64,000 nucleotides of DNA from the IMG/VR virus record IMGVR_UViG_3300025168_000065. One strand, given 5' to 3'. The notes beneath the pieces were generated by a model. It worked only from the letters and a program-made list of their open reading frames with translations, was not told where the DNA came from and ran no database searches. The DNA is from an uncultured virus (IMG/VR IMGVR_UViG_3300025168_000065). Lineage: Duplodnaviria > Heunggongvirae > Uroviricota > Caudoviricetes > Crassvirales. A program made the translations under genes and the position numbers. Each line of letters starts with the position of its first letter. The stretch's first letter is position 1. Shown piece after piece: positions 26,460 through 37,096 of this stretch.

Positions 26460-29400
26460 TTAACATGTTCCACTATTTATTACCACACCATTTTGACCAA
26501 GTTGAATCCATTTTTTTGGTGACGTTGTTGATGGGTTATTTACGTCAACTATATAAAAACCAGTACCTAAAAATCCTTCAAAAAACAAAGTTCCATTTAC
26601 ATTAACTTGTGCATTTGGATTACAAGTATTAGTACTGTCCATATAACATATGTCTCCAATTGTAGGGGTACTATAAGCACCAGAGAATGATTTCAATCCT
26701 AAACTTAAAGGACTATTTGTATCAGTAGCACATACTTGTGTAGCATTCTGTGTTTGTGGGCCAAAGTAACATGTGTTACATGGAGGAGTACAAGTACAAC
26801 AAGCTTCTTCAATAGTTGATCCCCCTGTACAATAGCATACTGATTGACTTGTTATCATTCTTAAATCCCATATTAAATATAAATAATCATTAACAGCAGG
26901 CATATTAAAAGCTGGTTCAGTAGCCTGAAACACACCTGTAGATGGATTAGTTATAGGACCACTAACTACTGATGATGCCGCAAGTAAACTGGCAATATCT
27001 GCAGTACTATTACTATACAAAGTACTTGAAGATAATATTTTAAAACTATGTAATGCAGGATCAAAATCAAAATTATCAGGAATAATTTTTTGAGTCCTTA
27101 TATTTATATCTGAACCTGTAGATGGGAAAACACCAACTCCTCTTACCCCTGTAGATGATTGATATATTGCTGGTTGAGATGTTGTTAAAGCTGCTGCCGT
27201 TAAATTATAAGGACTTATTGTAGGAGTGTTAGTCCAATTATAAGATGTATGAATAAACTCATTAACATAATTTGGAGAATTAACCACAACCTGAACAACT
27301 GTTAAAGGTATGGTTGGCGGACACTCTATTGTTATCTCATAGCTACTTAAATTATTAACTGTAATATCTACATTAGCTTGTGCCGATGGAAGAGATTTGT
27401 TAAAACTTAATGTTCCTGCACCTGTTAATCCTACTTGATTTATAACTACCGAACCGTTCCAAGTAATAACTATATCAATAGACCCTAAAGTTATATTGTA
27501 TGGTATATTAACTTGACCTGTTACTGTTCCTAAAGAAACATTGTAATTTAAATTATCAGTAGTACTATACTGAGTTAATGTAGTACCACAAGGAACCTTA
27601 GCTCCTGGAATAAATATACCAGTGTTGTTTGTAGTTAAAACATACTCATTCATATAAGGATCATAACCTCCTAATTTTTGAGTAGCAAGTTGAGCGTTAA
27701 ATCTATCTCTAAACCAAGAGTTCATACCATATTGTGACACAACTTGTAGTTGATCACTACCTTGAGATGCACCTCTTAAGTTAAGTACAGCTCCTCTTTT
27801 GGTATCTGTAAAAAACATATCATATCCCCAAGAGGTAAAACTTTCAGGATTAAAACTAATTCCAAATTCTTCTATTCGTGCTACCTGAGTTCCTAATATT
27901 TCAGGTACAGATGCAATTGCACCACCACCTGTAGAGTCAGTAATAACATTTTTCTTTACTAATACATATGATATTTTATCTTCTTGCAATGTAAGAATGT
28001 CTGTTTCTCTTGCGTGTAATTTCATGATAGGACCAAAAGAAGTTTCGCAATCTTTAAAGTTTACTAAACCTAAATTAAACTCATTTAAGTTATTACTGTT
28101 AGCGGCCCCACTATACACACCGCTGTATGTCATTCCTGCAAAACGGTCAGCCTCTTTAAAGTCTTGATTAGAAACTGCTAATACTCTTTCTCCTAAATTA
28201 AAAAACTTACCTGCTGGACTATCTCCAATTCTATAACTCTCAACACCATTTCCAAATGTATAACAATTATATGCAGTTAAGTCTGTAGTTAAATCTGTAG
28301 TTGGACTTTGATTAACAGAGTTAGGAGCTAAACTATAAGTGTTAGACTGAACGTCATATATAGTATTAGCCATATGATAAGGCTGAGCACCTGCAGTTTG
28401 AGGTTCAATATCTAATAGTTCTGATGCATCATAAAATAAATTAGGGTCTGCATCTTGAGGCACAGTTTCAAATACAAATAAAGATCCCCCTCTTGTAACC
28501 TCTATAAGTGTACTACAATGACCATTATAATATTCAAATGCTTCCCAACAACGAGGAATATTACAAGTATTTACAAAAAATTGTCTACCATTTGTAGCTT
28601 GTCTTATTCTACACACACTATTAAATTGATTTTCTGTACACCCACTTCCTGATGTAACCAGAACTGGATCAAAAGATATAGCCATTTCTTGAGCAGTACT
28701 TGCCTGTTGAGTTGTCATTTGACTTGCAAGATCATCTCCTACAGCCCAAGCGTGAAAGCTTTGGTAATCTGAAGTAGAAACAAAAGACCTATCGTAAGTT
28801 AAACTCTTACTATCACAATCGCCTCCGCCTCCGCCTCTCCAATTACGAATTTTAATTCTTATAGTTGATCCAGCAGGAATGGTATAAGGAACACTTGGAG
28901 TAGCATTATCATTTAAACTATAATTACTGATACATCCATCTTTAAAATTACCTGCATCATTTGCATCTTTAGACATTCTTCCTCTAAAGTAAGAAGGCTC
29001 TGTGCTTTCAATATTAAAACTACCTGGTTTTAATAACATATAAAGACCAGCTAAAGAAACACTCGTTATCTCTTTAGTAGCAAAAGCCTCTACTGCTAAA
29101 ACAGTTGTAGACACTTCTGATGCTACCGCACCTCCTGTGTCCACCTTTACTATTAATTCATCTCCAACTTTTACTAAGTTTTGATTATTACCCTCTAACT
29201 TAAACCACACTAAACTTGGGTCGTTTTCATTAGTCAGACCACTACTTACTCCTGACTGTTTACCTGATCCATCTTGCTGGTAAAAAGTATTTGAAAAAAT
29301 AGTCATATAATTCCCTTCACTTGGCTTTATTACAAACTTATATTTCTTTGCCCAATAAGGAGGTAAGTTACTTAAAGTAACTCGTATTTTATTTTTATAA

Positions 29401-31700
29401 GTTGACTTGTCAGGTTCAACAAATACAGTGTTAGTATCAGAGACTAATACTGTAGATGATCTACCGTAGTCATCCATATACACAACGCCTACTTCGTAAT
29501 CTCTATTTGAATGTAGACTGTTTGTTTTACTTACCTGCCTGTATCCAGCAGTACATCCATACCCTATAAAGTTATAATAAATAAATGCTTCACTATAATT
29601 TGAGGAAGCAGGTGAAGTTCCGTCTGTATAATAATATTGAGTAGCAGGAAGCTCCAGAATGAAACCACCAGCAGTTGCTGTAAACTCAATACCTGAAGGG
29701 CTACACAATGCAGAGCTTCCAGATGCAGGAGTTATTTGATAATTTACCCCACTTGTTTCTAAAGTTACTAAACCACCATTTATATCTGTTAACCCTAAGT
29801 CATTGGCTGCTATTGAATTAACACTTGCTGTTAATCCTGTAGTCATATCCATTACTATATCTCCTACTGCTAATCCAGCAATTAAAGTAAAGTCTATATT
29901 TGAATTGGTTAAAAATCCTGCAACAGCTGCGTCTGTAGCTCCTGAAGTAATAATAGTATTACTACATGTTAAAGGAAAAGATGATGGAGTACATTGTTGT
30001 GCTACCGTTCTTCCACCATTAATTAATTCTAAGTTAGTTCCTGTCATAGGAGTTACTGCAGCTTCATAAAACTTATCTGAAAGTGTAGCTCCTTCATTTG
30101 AATTATAACAAGGATAAAGCTCTTGAATTGAGTTAGAACTAAATCCTTGAGCAATAGAACCTCCTATTCTTTCTTTAAACTCTTGAGATGCACACATTTG
30201 TGTTACATTAGGATAGTCAACAGAACACGTAAAACTCATTCTAATTGTAAAAGGAGACTGCTGATTAAAATTATTTCCATTATTAGTACTACACTCTACC
30301 CCTGTACCGGAATCATTACAGGTAATACTGTTTTGAGAAATAGAAAAACCAAAGAAAAAAGTAGTCCCTGTTTTTATATCTCCTGAAGTTGGATTTGCAG
30401 CCGTTAGATCCCATGTTAATCGAGAGTCGGTACCTAAAGCTCCGCCTCCTATAGTATAAGCAGAAGTCTGTACAAGTGGATTTGCAGCTACTGCAGGAAC
30501 ACCACCTTGAGCAGGACTTGCAACCGATCCATTTCCTAAAGGAACTCCCGCTATCTCTTCAAAGACAGGAGCTACAGTATAATTTATAGGTATTTTATTC
30601 CCATCAAAAGCAGAAAGTAAATCATAACCATCCACATAGTTTCCGTATATTAATCTATTACCTTTAATGGTTTGAGCCTTAGCAGTTCTTGGAACATTAT
30701 CATAAAGTCTTAGTAATTCATCTGAACCTAATGTGGTATAGATTTCACTATTTGTAAATCGATGAGTCATAGTATCATTATTAGGAATACCTAAGTCATC
30801 TTTTTTAAATCTTTTAATAACATTTATAACATTAGATGTAGTTTGTTTAAATAACAAATCTATTTCTACTACTCTTTTAGTACCTGTAGAGAATGTAACA
30901 TCAAAAGCTTTATAAACATTATACATCCCTGCATTTAAATAGTCATCAATACTAAATCTAAATTCACGAGGTTGAAACGCAGGATCACTAAATAAAGATA
31001 TTGCACTATACCCTCCATCTGTATATCTATATCTATAAGCAAAAGTAACAAACCTGGTTTGTAAATAATTTTCTTGACCTACATAGTCCTGTATAGGAAC
31101 CACTACTGGAGATCCTAACGGAAAATTTTGTCCTGCCGTAGTATCAAACTCTTCGTATCCTGGTGGCTTAACTATTACGCTAATATCTTCTTCTTTAAAT
31201 ATAGTATCTATACCGCCTACAGGATAATCATAGTCTCTTGTTACATTAATTACTCGAGGAGGATTTATATCGTCAGTAAAAAATAATAAATCTTCTATCT
31301 TATTTATACCAGTAATTAAATGTTTTTCATCAAAATTTAAAACAGATGTACTTATACAGTGATAAGTCAAAGAAGAAGTATTGGTATTAAAAGATACTAT
31401 TAAGTCAACCTTACCTGTAGGAGAGTTTGGATTATTACTATCATGTATAAACCAATAAAGAGTTTCATTTATACCATCTTCATAAACTCCAAGTGTCTTT
31501 CCATTGACTGTTTGCCCTGCATATTCAACATTAGTTAAAAGAGAATTACCTTTAGAGTTTTCTACAGCTCCTATTTCAGTAGCTTCAGTAGACCCTAAAC
31601 GAACATTTAAAGCATCTATATACTCTCCAGGTGGAACCAAGCGTTCATCAACGCTCTTATTCATTTTACCTGCTATAAAATTTGTTGAGGCTTTTGCCAT
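26460..31700 (-). CDS. tail nozzle / stabilization protein
   Basis: GKMNKSVDERLVPPGEYIDALN, NRLIYGNY, FGNGVES, FGISFNPESF and LGGYDPY motifs. Confidence 0.75.
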   Translation of the reverse strand: MAKASTNFIAGKMNKSVDERLVPPGEYIDALNVRLGSTEATEIGAVENSKGNSLLTNVEYAGQTVNGKTLGVYEDGINETLYWFIHDSNNPNSPTGKVDLIVSFNTNTSSLTYHCISTSVLNFDEKHLITGINKIEDLLFFTDDINPPRVINVTRDYDYPVGGIDTIFKEEDISVIVKPPGYEEFDTTAGQNFPLGSPVVVPIQDYVGQENYLQTRFVTFAYRYRYTDGGYSAISLFSDPAFQPREFRFSIDDYLNAGMYNVYKAFDVTFSTGTKRVVEIDLLFKQTTSNVINVIKRFKKDDLGIPNNDTMTHRFTNSEIYTTLGSDELLRLYDNVPRTAKAQTIKGNRLIYGNYVDGYDLLSAFDGNKIPINYTVAPVFEEIAGVPLGNGSVASPAQGGVPAVAANPLVQTSAYTIGGGALGTDSRLTWDLTAANPTSGDIKTGTTFFFGFSISQNSITCNDSGTGVECSTNNGNNFNQQSPFTIRMSFTCSVDYPNVTQMCASQEFKERIGGSIAQGFSSNSIQELYPCYNSNEGATLSDKFYEAAVTPMTGTNLELINGGRTVAQQCTPSSFPLTCSNTIITSGATDAAVAGFLTNSNIDFTLIAGLAVGDIVMDMTTGLTASVNSIAANDLGLTDINGGLVTLETSGVNYQITPASGSSALCSPSGIEFTATAGGFILELPATQYYYTDGTSPASSNYSEAFIYYNFIGYGCTAGYRQVSKTNSLHSNRDYEVGVVYMDDYGRSSTVLVSDTNTVFVEPDKSTYKNKIRVTLSNLPPYWAKKYKFVIKPSEGNYMTIFSNTFYQQDGSGKQSGVSSGLTNENDPSLVWFKLEGNNQNLVKVGDELIVKVDTGGAVASEVSTTVLAVEAFATKEITSVSLAGLYMLLKPGSFNIESTEPSYFRGRMSKDANDAGNFKDGCISNYSLNDNATPSVPYTIPAGSTIRIKIRNWRGGGGGDCDSKSLTYDRSFVSTSDYQSFHAWAVGDDLASQMTTQQASTAQEMAISFDPVLVTSGSGCTENQFNSVCRIRQATNGRQFFVNTCNIPRCWEAFEYYNGHCSTLIEVTRGGSLFVFETVPQDADPNLFYDASELLDIEPQTAGAQPYHMANTIYDVQSNTYSLAPNSVNQSPTTDLTTDLTAYNCYTFGNGVESYRIGDSPAGKFFNLGERVLAVSNQDFKEADRFAGMTYSGVYSGAANSNNLNEFNLGLVNFKDCETSFGPIMKLHARETDILTLQEDKISYVLVKKNVITDSTGGGAIASVPEILGTQVARIEEFGISFNPESFTSWGYDMFFTDTKRGAVLNLRGASQGSDQLQVVSQYGMNSWFRDRFNAQLATQKLGGYDPYMNEYVLTTNNTGIFIPGAKVPCGTTLTQYSTTDNLNYNVSLGTVTGQVNIPYNITLGSIDIVITWNGSVVINQVGLTGAGTLSFNKSLPSAQANVDITVNNLSSYEITIECPPTIPLTVVQVVVNSPNYVNEFIHTSYNWTNTPTISPYNLTAAALTTSQPAIYQSSTGVRGVGVFPSTGSDINIRTQKIIPDNFDFDPALHSFKILSSSTLYSNSTADIASLLAASSVVSGPITNPSTGVFQATEPAFNMPAVNDYLYLIWDLRMITSQSVCYCTGGSTIEEACCTCTPPCNTCYFGPQTQNATQVCATDTNSPLSLGLKSFSGAYSTPTIGDICYMDSTNTCNPNAQVNVNGTLFFEGFLGTGFYIVDVNNPSTTSPKKWIQLGQNGVVINSGTC

Positions 31701-31701
31701 A

Positions 31702-32622
31702 TTATTTTAACCATTTATCCTGACCTCTTAAATTTTGTAAGAGTCTGCCAGGGTGTATATTACTTAATCTTAATTTAGCATTACGAAGCAAAGAAGACTT
31801 ATCTTTTCTTGCTCTGTTTACTATATATTCCTGTACTCCAAATCGGCCATTTAAAATAGCATATTTAATATATGCGTATATAAAATCTTCAAATAATTTG
31901 TTAACACTAATACTGGAGTCATCACCATTTTCCATACCATCAGAAATATATTCTAATACCACTAACTTTCCAGCCATTCCTGAATTAAAGTTTATAACAC
32001 CTCCTTTTTTATTTATACTAAAAGTAGGATTTACATTTGCTGTTTCTGTGTTTAATCCAAAACGTGCACCTATTGCATAATCAAAACACCAATTTCCATT
32101 AATACAATAACCTTCCTGTCCATGATAAGGACCTTGTCCTAAATACATTGTTCTTTGTTGTCCTGATAATCTTTCTTTATCAAAAAAAGAATTGTTAGGT
32201 TTTAATACATTTCCGTCTATATCAAATAATATTTTACAATCATTATCTTGTAAGTATGCCCCACTCCAATTAGTTTGAATATTTTCTGTCATTGGATACA
32301 GCATACCATTTTGTTCTAATGAGATTCTCACCCAGTTAACATAGTCAGGTGGAAGTACAAATCTTAATTGATCACAAATCTGAAGTTCTAATATTTTTAT
32401 TTCTTTCATTGCATCGTAATTCAATTCTTGAATTCCTCTTTTTGCATGAAACAAAACTTGATATCTATTTAAGTTGTTTACAATCTCATTGTTACCTTGA
32501 AACATTAACATGAAATTATTTACAATATCTTCTAAAGATATGTACTGATAAGACCCCCAATTAGAATCAGTTGGTACTACCCCATTGTTTTCATAATATT
32601 GATAATCTGTAATATATGTCAT
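31702..32622 (-). CDS. tail adaptor/ring protein
   Basis: LPPDYVNWVRIS and VVLEYISDG motifs; position after the capsid block. Confidence 0.7.
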   Translation of the reverse strand: MTYITDYQYYENNGVVPTDSNWGSYQYISLEDIVNNFMLMFQGNNEIVNNLNRYQVLFHAKRGIQELNYDAMKEIKILELQICDQLRFVLPPDYVNWVRISLEQNGMLYPMTENIQTNWSGAYLQDNDCKILFDIDGNVLKPNNSFFDKERLSGQQRTMYLGQGPYHGQEGYCINGNWCFDYAIGARFGLNTETANVNPTFSINKKGGVINFNSGMAGKLVVLEYISDGMENGDDSSISVNKLFEDFIYAYIKYAILNGRFGVQEYIVNRARKDKSSLLRNAKLRLSNIHPGRLLQNLRGQDKWLK

Positions 32623-32624
32623 AA

Positions 32625-33578
32625 TTAACTTGTTTCTTGTATTTCGTTACCCTCTTCAGTTTTCCCAAAATTATATACTTCAGCATCTCTAATTTCTATA
32701 CCTACATACTGACATATCTTTGCAATTAATGTTGGCTCATCAGACTGAGGTAATTCAAACTCTTGAAAGTCAGGCTGTGTAGGATCAAATATTGGCTCAC
32801 CAACTCCTAAGTTTTGCCAAGTCCATTTAGGTATCTTAGGATATCTTACATACTGAGCTTGTATATCTCCTACGTTTAATATAGTAGTAGGATATACTGT
32901 TATTATATTACCATCTAAAACATATGCTGGATACGTTTTAGTAGGAGCAGTTAAAGCAGAGTTTGTTAAATAAAATATTTTATTTTGATTAACCCTTTCT
33001 ACTTCTCTAATATTTGTATTAGAATAAATGACATAATTCTGACCACCAACTAAAAATATATCTGCACTTAAAGTTACTACAGTACTACTAAGAACCCCTG
33101 TAATATAAGCCTGCTGTAATGTTGTAGTGTTAACCACTAAAGAACCAATCTTAGGTGTTGGTGATGATGCTGGTATTATCGTCCATCCTACAGCATTTAT
33201 ATCTATTAATTGATTTGCTACTACTGCAGTATTTGTTCCTTTAAATAAAGGGACTGAATAATAAAATAATTTATTTATTAGATAATAATCATTAGGTAAG
33301 TTATAAGTATTAGAATTGTTCTGAGATAAAAAAACTTGATTAGAAAAACTATCCATCACCTCTACTAATCCTTTTATTACATCAGCATAACCTTCACCTG
33401 ACATTCTGCTATTTTGTTTGTTGATCCAATTATTATAACTATAAAAGTAATCTTCAAACATATCTACCTGCGCTTGTTTAGCGTACAAATTAAAATCTTG
33501 AGGAGATATATATCCGTAGTTATTTTTATTTGCTATAGCTAATACAGTATTCCTTACTTCATTTATTGATGCTGCCAT
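32625..33578 (-). CDS. head-tail adaptor/ring protein
   Basis: NKNNYGYISPQDFN..AKQAQ, YVRYP and FELP motifs. Confidence 0.7.
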   Translation of the reverse strand: MAASINEVRNTVLAIANKNNYGYISPQDFNLYAKQAQVDMFEDYFYSYNNWINKQNSRMSGEGYADVIKGLVEVMDSFSNQVFLSQNNSNTYNLPNDYYLINKLFYYSVPLFKGTNTAVVANQLIDINAVGWTIIPASSPTPKIGSLVVNTTTLQQAYITGVLSSTVVTLSADIFLVGGQNYVIYSNTNIREVERVNQNKIFYLTNSALTAPTKTYPAYVLDGNIITVYPTTILNVGDIQAQYVRYPKIPKWTWQNLGVGEPIFDPTQPDFQEFELPQSDEPTLIAKICQYVGIEIRDAEVYNFGKTEEGNEIQETS

Positions 33579-33596
33579 ATTATATAAACATTTCTA

Positions 33597-33604
33597 CAAA
33601 GATA
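33597..33604 (-). promoter_or_regulatory. -7 promoter box TATCTTTG
   Basis: Upstream of ATG 33578, immediately after a terminator. Confidence 0.65.
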
Positions 33605-33606
33605 AC

Positions 33607-33644
33607 AAAAAAAAAGAGGCCCACTTTTTTTGTAGGCCTCTCTT
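33607..33644 (-). terminator. intrinsic terminator
   Basis: gaggcc/ggcctc stem plus A9 on the plus strand (U9 on minus). Confidence 0.75.
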
Positions 33645-33660
33645 AATATATAATAATTAA

Positions 33661-34437
33661 TTATGCTAAAACTACAGAAGTAGCATAAAGAACTGAAGGT
33701 CTTGAAGCCACTACAGGAGCAACGACCATTGGCATTTCAGCTATAACATCTTTCCAGTCTGACTCTAAAGTTTCAATCATCACTTTTTCAAAAGCTTTTT
33801 GCCAGCTATAATTAGCTTGTGCTGCTGATATAGTAATAGTTAAAATATCATTACCTGCTGTTTTAGTTTTGTAAGTTAATACAACAGGTGTAGTACCTGC
33901 TCCACCTGCTGTGGGAGTATTAGTAACTATATTATCTAAATTAATTAATCTACCACCATAACCACTTTGAGATATAACAACCGCAGCATCAGATCCGTTA
34001 TCATCAAAAATAAAGTTATCCATAGTTAAAGAAGTATCAGAATTAACCTTTGCTACTTTAGCCATTCTACCAGTTGAAGTATTAATTACTAAGTCTCCTA
34101 CATTTACATCAGTTAAAAAAGTTCCTGCTGCAACTAAAAAAGCATATGCATTAGCATATGGCCATATTTTAAAAGCAGCACCTGAAGCCTCTAAAGCAGC
34201 ATTACCTGTTCCAGATATACTTAAAACAGTATCACTATCTACAGCTGTTACTGTAGAAATTGTCCATGTAGTAGTGTCTAAAACTTGATCTCCTACATTT
34301 ACAGCAGCATTAAAGCCACCTGTAGCATAAGTTAGTTTGCCCGTAGCAGTACCAGATGTGGTACCTGCTATTGCTGGGGAAGCCATGTCCGCTGTTACAC
34401 TGTAAAGCGGGAGAGGCACGTTAATAAACTTTCCCAT
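33661..34437 (-). CDS. virion structural (decoration-like) protein
   Basis: Likely start MGKFINVP at 34437 rather than 34503; paralogous to the upstream 92-aa gene. Confidence 0.7.
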   Translation of the reverse strand: MGKFINVPLPLYSVTADMASPAIAGTTSGTATGKLTYATGGFNAAVNVGDQVLDTTTWTISTVTAVDSDTVLSISGTGNAALEASGAAFKIWPYANAYAFLVAAGTFLTDVNVGDLVINTSTGRMAKVAKVNSDTSLTMDNFIFDDNGSDAAVVISQSGYGGRLINLDNIVTNTPTAGGAGTTPVVLTYKTKTAGNDILTITISAAQANYSWQKAFEKVMIETLESDWKDVIAEMPMVVAPVVASRPSVLYATSVVLA

Positions 34438-34439
34438 AA

Positions 34440-34718
34440 CTATGCTATAACTATTCCTGAAACTGCTTGTGGTGGTATAGCCATGTATGTTACACGAGTC
34501 CAAGAAGTTTGTAAAGCAGCAACCATTGAATCAGCAATAAATTTTCTCATACTGAAAGCTACTTGAGCAGCTGCAGTAAGTGTTGCAGTGTTACCATTTA
34601 AATAAGTAATAACTGTAGTAGTTGCTGTACCTGAAGCAGCTGTTACTGACAGGACTTCATTTACGTTTAAAAGAACGTCCCCAGAGCCTGTTACTGGGAT
34701 TGATAAGAATTTTTCCAT
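34440..34718 (-). CDS. small virion structural protein
   Basis: 92 aa, Ala/Thr-rich; own promoter box at 34751-34758. Confidence 0.7.
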   Translation of the reverse strand: MEKFLSIPVTGSGDVLLNVNEVLSVTAASGTATTTVITYLNGNTATLTAAAQVAFSMRKFIADSMVAALQTSWTRVTYMAIPPQAVSGIVIA

Positions 34719-34761
34719 TTTATAAAAGTTTTTAATGGGTTAATAAAGTGCAAAGATAGAT

Positions 34762-34786
34762 AAAAAAAAACACCCTTATTAGGGTG
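34762..34786 (-). terminator. intrinsic terminator
   Basis: caccct-tatt-agggtg plus A9. Confidence 0.75.
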
Positions 34787-34811
34787 CTCTTTTAAATTAT
34801 GTTAATAAAGA

Positions 34812-35567
34812 TTATTTCTTTTTCTTTAACATTTGTTTTAATAACTTGTAAGTCTCCAGTCCTTCATCAGTTTGTAAATAAGAAGATACAATATCATTTG
34901 GTTGTTCTCCATAAGGAACTGTTAACATTTTAGTTTTATTTTTAGCTAAGTTAAAATAAACATCTCTTTGGTTGTTTCTTAAAGTTAATAGGTTTTTACT
35001 AAAAAACTGAACAACATCATCATACATTTGTAGTGCAGGATCATTTAAAATATCAATAAAGTCTTCAGGATGATTTCTTGAAAAGACAAGGATATCTCTT
35101 TTTAATTCTGCGGTACTTAACTTATCTGCACCAGAACCTAAAAGAACACGTGCAACCGTTTCAAGCATTGCAATATCTAAATCTCTTGCTAACAGTTGAG
35201 CATCTAAAATTAATTCTTCAATTTCTAATTCTTCAGCCGCATCTTTTGCTTCATCTATTTCATCGAATATCATTCCGTTTCCAGGATGTAAAGATAAAAA
35301 GTGTTGAAGTACTTGGTTGGTTCTATCTACAGTTAGGAAACCATCTTCAAAAACAATAGGCTCCATAATAGCATTACCGTCTTGCTCTTCCTCAAAAGGG
35401 CTCTTTTGGTTTCTTGCATAACGAAGAGGTTTGTTTACTCCTGACTCTTCATCAAAATAAAGTAATGGGGATCTTTTGTTGTGGTGTGAATTTAACATGA
35501 AGCACAATGGTGCTACATCTCTCTTAAGTTTATACTGCTTAGTAACAGTGGTTTTTGGTTTTTTCAT
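34812..35567 (-). CDS. conserved capsid-adjacent protein
   Basis: LRYARNQKSPF and IVFEDGFL motifs; directly after the major capsid gene. Confidence 0.7.
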   Translation of the reverse strand: MKKPKTTVTKQYKLKRDVAPLCFMLNSHHNKRSPLLYFDEESGVNKPLRYARNQKSPFEEEQDGNAIMEPIVFEDGFLTVDRTNQVLQHFLSLHPGNGMIFDEIDEAKDAAEELEIEELILDAQLLARDLDIAMLETVARVLLGSGADKLSTAELKRDILVFSRNHPEDFIDILNDPALQMYDDVVQFFSKNLLTLRNNQRDVYFNLAKNKTKMLTVPYGEQPNDIVSSYLQTDEGLETYKLLKQMLKKKK

Positions 35568-35590
35568 TTTATTGTAATTTAATTAAAGTT

Positions 35591-35620
35591 AAAAAAAAGG
35601 GGAGGAGGTTAATCCTCCCC
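35591..35620 (-). terminator. intrinsic terminator after major capsid gene
   Basis: ggggagga/tcctcccc stem plus A8. Confidence 0.85.
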
Positions 35621-35637
35621 TAAATTAGTGTTACTTA

Positions 35638-37077
35638 TTAATCTCTAAATAAGAAGAAGTTGTTTGCACCTAAAGTACATACAGCTCTTTCAGATAAGAA
35701 GTTAACTGTCATTGCATCAAGATCAGAAGTTCTTGCGCCACCAGCTGAACCAGTGATCCAAGTTTTGTAACGTCTGTCTTCAGTCTCAGAAGCTCTGTAA
35801 CGAACATGTAAGAATGGTCTCTTAGCGTTCTTACCTAAGATTTGGTCATATACAGTTGTAGAACCAGCTGGAACCATAAGTCCATTGATTGCTCCACCTG
35901 TTAAACCACCTCTCATAGTAGGATCGTTTAAGTATTTCCAGTCTGACTTGTAGAAGTCATAACCTCTTCGGAATCCTGTGAATCCTAAGTTAAGAGCCAT
36001 TTCTTCGTCATTGTCAAATAAACCATATGAAGTACCACCAGCTCCGTAAGAGTTTTGAGCAGCTAACATATCGTCAATATCAAATGAGAATTGTCTATTA
36101 CAGAAAATAACATTTTCCTCGATAGCGCCTTGCTTGTCAAGTCTTTGGATTACTGAATCGAAACCTGCAAGAGCAACTGGGTTACCACCACTCCATACAT
36201 TTCCTCTTGTATTTACTACATGGAAAACTCCTTCAGAACCTTTGTTTCCTACTGGAGCTGCTGCTGCTGCTGCACCAGAACCTACCGCTGCAGGAACCGC
36301 TTCAACCATTGCAGTCTCAAGATAGTCTTCAAAACGAAGTCTTGTTTCGTGCTCAGATTTTAGGTACCATAAGTATCCTGTACCACCATTCTCAGTAGAA
36401 ATTTCTACCCATCCAATTTGAGCCATGTCAGAACCGCTTACCTCGTAAGTGTCTTTAATGATAATTGGAGAGTTTTCAAATATTAAGTCTTGAGCTTCTA
36501 AAGATCCTTGCATTCCTACTTGACCTTTTGCAAACTCAGAACCATAAATAAATATACTACTATTTGTAGCTGCTGCCATTGCTTGACCACCTGCTTCATA
36601 GTAAGCTACAGTTACTGTAAATGGAGCTACGTTTGAAACAGCTGTTACAATAGCTTTATTGCTTAGTACAGAACCTGCACTCTCATCAGAAATCATTACA
36701 GTTTGACCTACTCTGATTGCTGAAAAACCTCCTGTTGGTTGTGATGAAGCTGGAGCTGCTGGGTTAACTTGAGCTGTTGGAATAGTCCAAGTTGCTACGT
36801 TAGCCGCTGCTGCTGCTGCAGATGTACATGCTGTATACTTAGTGTGTAACCTTCCTTGCTCAGCCCATTTAATAAGGTCAGAGTTAGAAGGCATTTCAGC
36901 ACCAACCATTCTTAAGAATGATGCTACTGTTCTATTACCATATCTTTCAAATTCTTTCTCATATGTATCTGGAAGATACTGATTTAAGAAATCAAAGTTA
37001 GTAATGTAATTTGTTGCCAGGGCAACCTGTTGACTACTTGGTTGTAAGTCAAATCCTGGTGTTGCATTAATTGCCAT
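35638..37077 (-). CDS. major capsid protein
   Basis: 479 aa after the scaffold; WAEQGRLH, YGSEFAKG and LSERAVCTLGANNF motifs; biased codon usage; strong terminator. Confidence 0.85.
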   Translation of the reverse strand: MAINATPGFDLQPSSQQVALATNYITNFDFLNQYLPDTYEKEFERYGNRTVASFLRMVGAEMPSNSDLIKWAEQGRLHTKYTACTSAAAAAANVATWTIPTAQVNPAAPASSQPTGGFSAIRVGQTVMISDESAGSVLSNKAIVTAVSNVAPFTVTVAYYEAGGQAMAAATNSSIFIYGSEFAKGQVGMQGSLEAQDLIFENSPIIIKDTYEVSGSDMAQIGWVEISTENGGTGYLWYLKSEHETRLRFEDYLETAMVEAVPAAVGSGAAAAAAPVGNKGSEGVFHVVNTRGNVWSGGNPVALAGFDSVIQRLDKQGAIEENVIFCNRQFSFDIDDMLAAQNSYGAGGTSYGLFDNDEEMALNLGFTGFRRGYDFYKSDWKYLNDPTMRGGLTGGAINGLMVPAGSTTVYDQILGKNAKRPFLHVRYRASETEDRRYKTWITGSAGGARTSDLDAMTVNFLSERAVCTLGANNFFLFRD

Positions 37078-37096
37078 TTTTGTTTAATTTTTTAAT

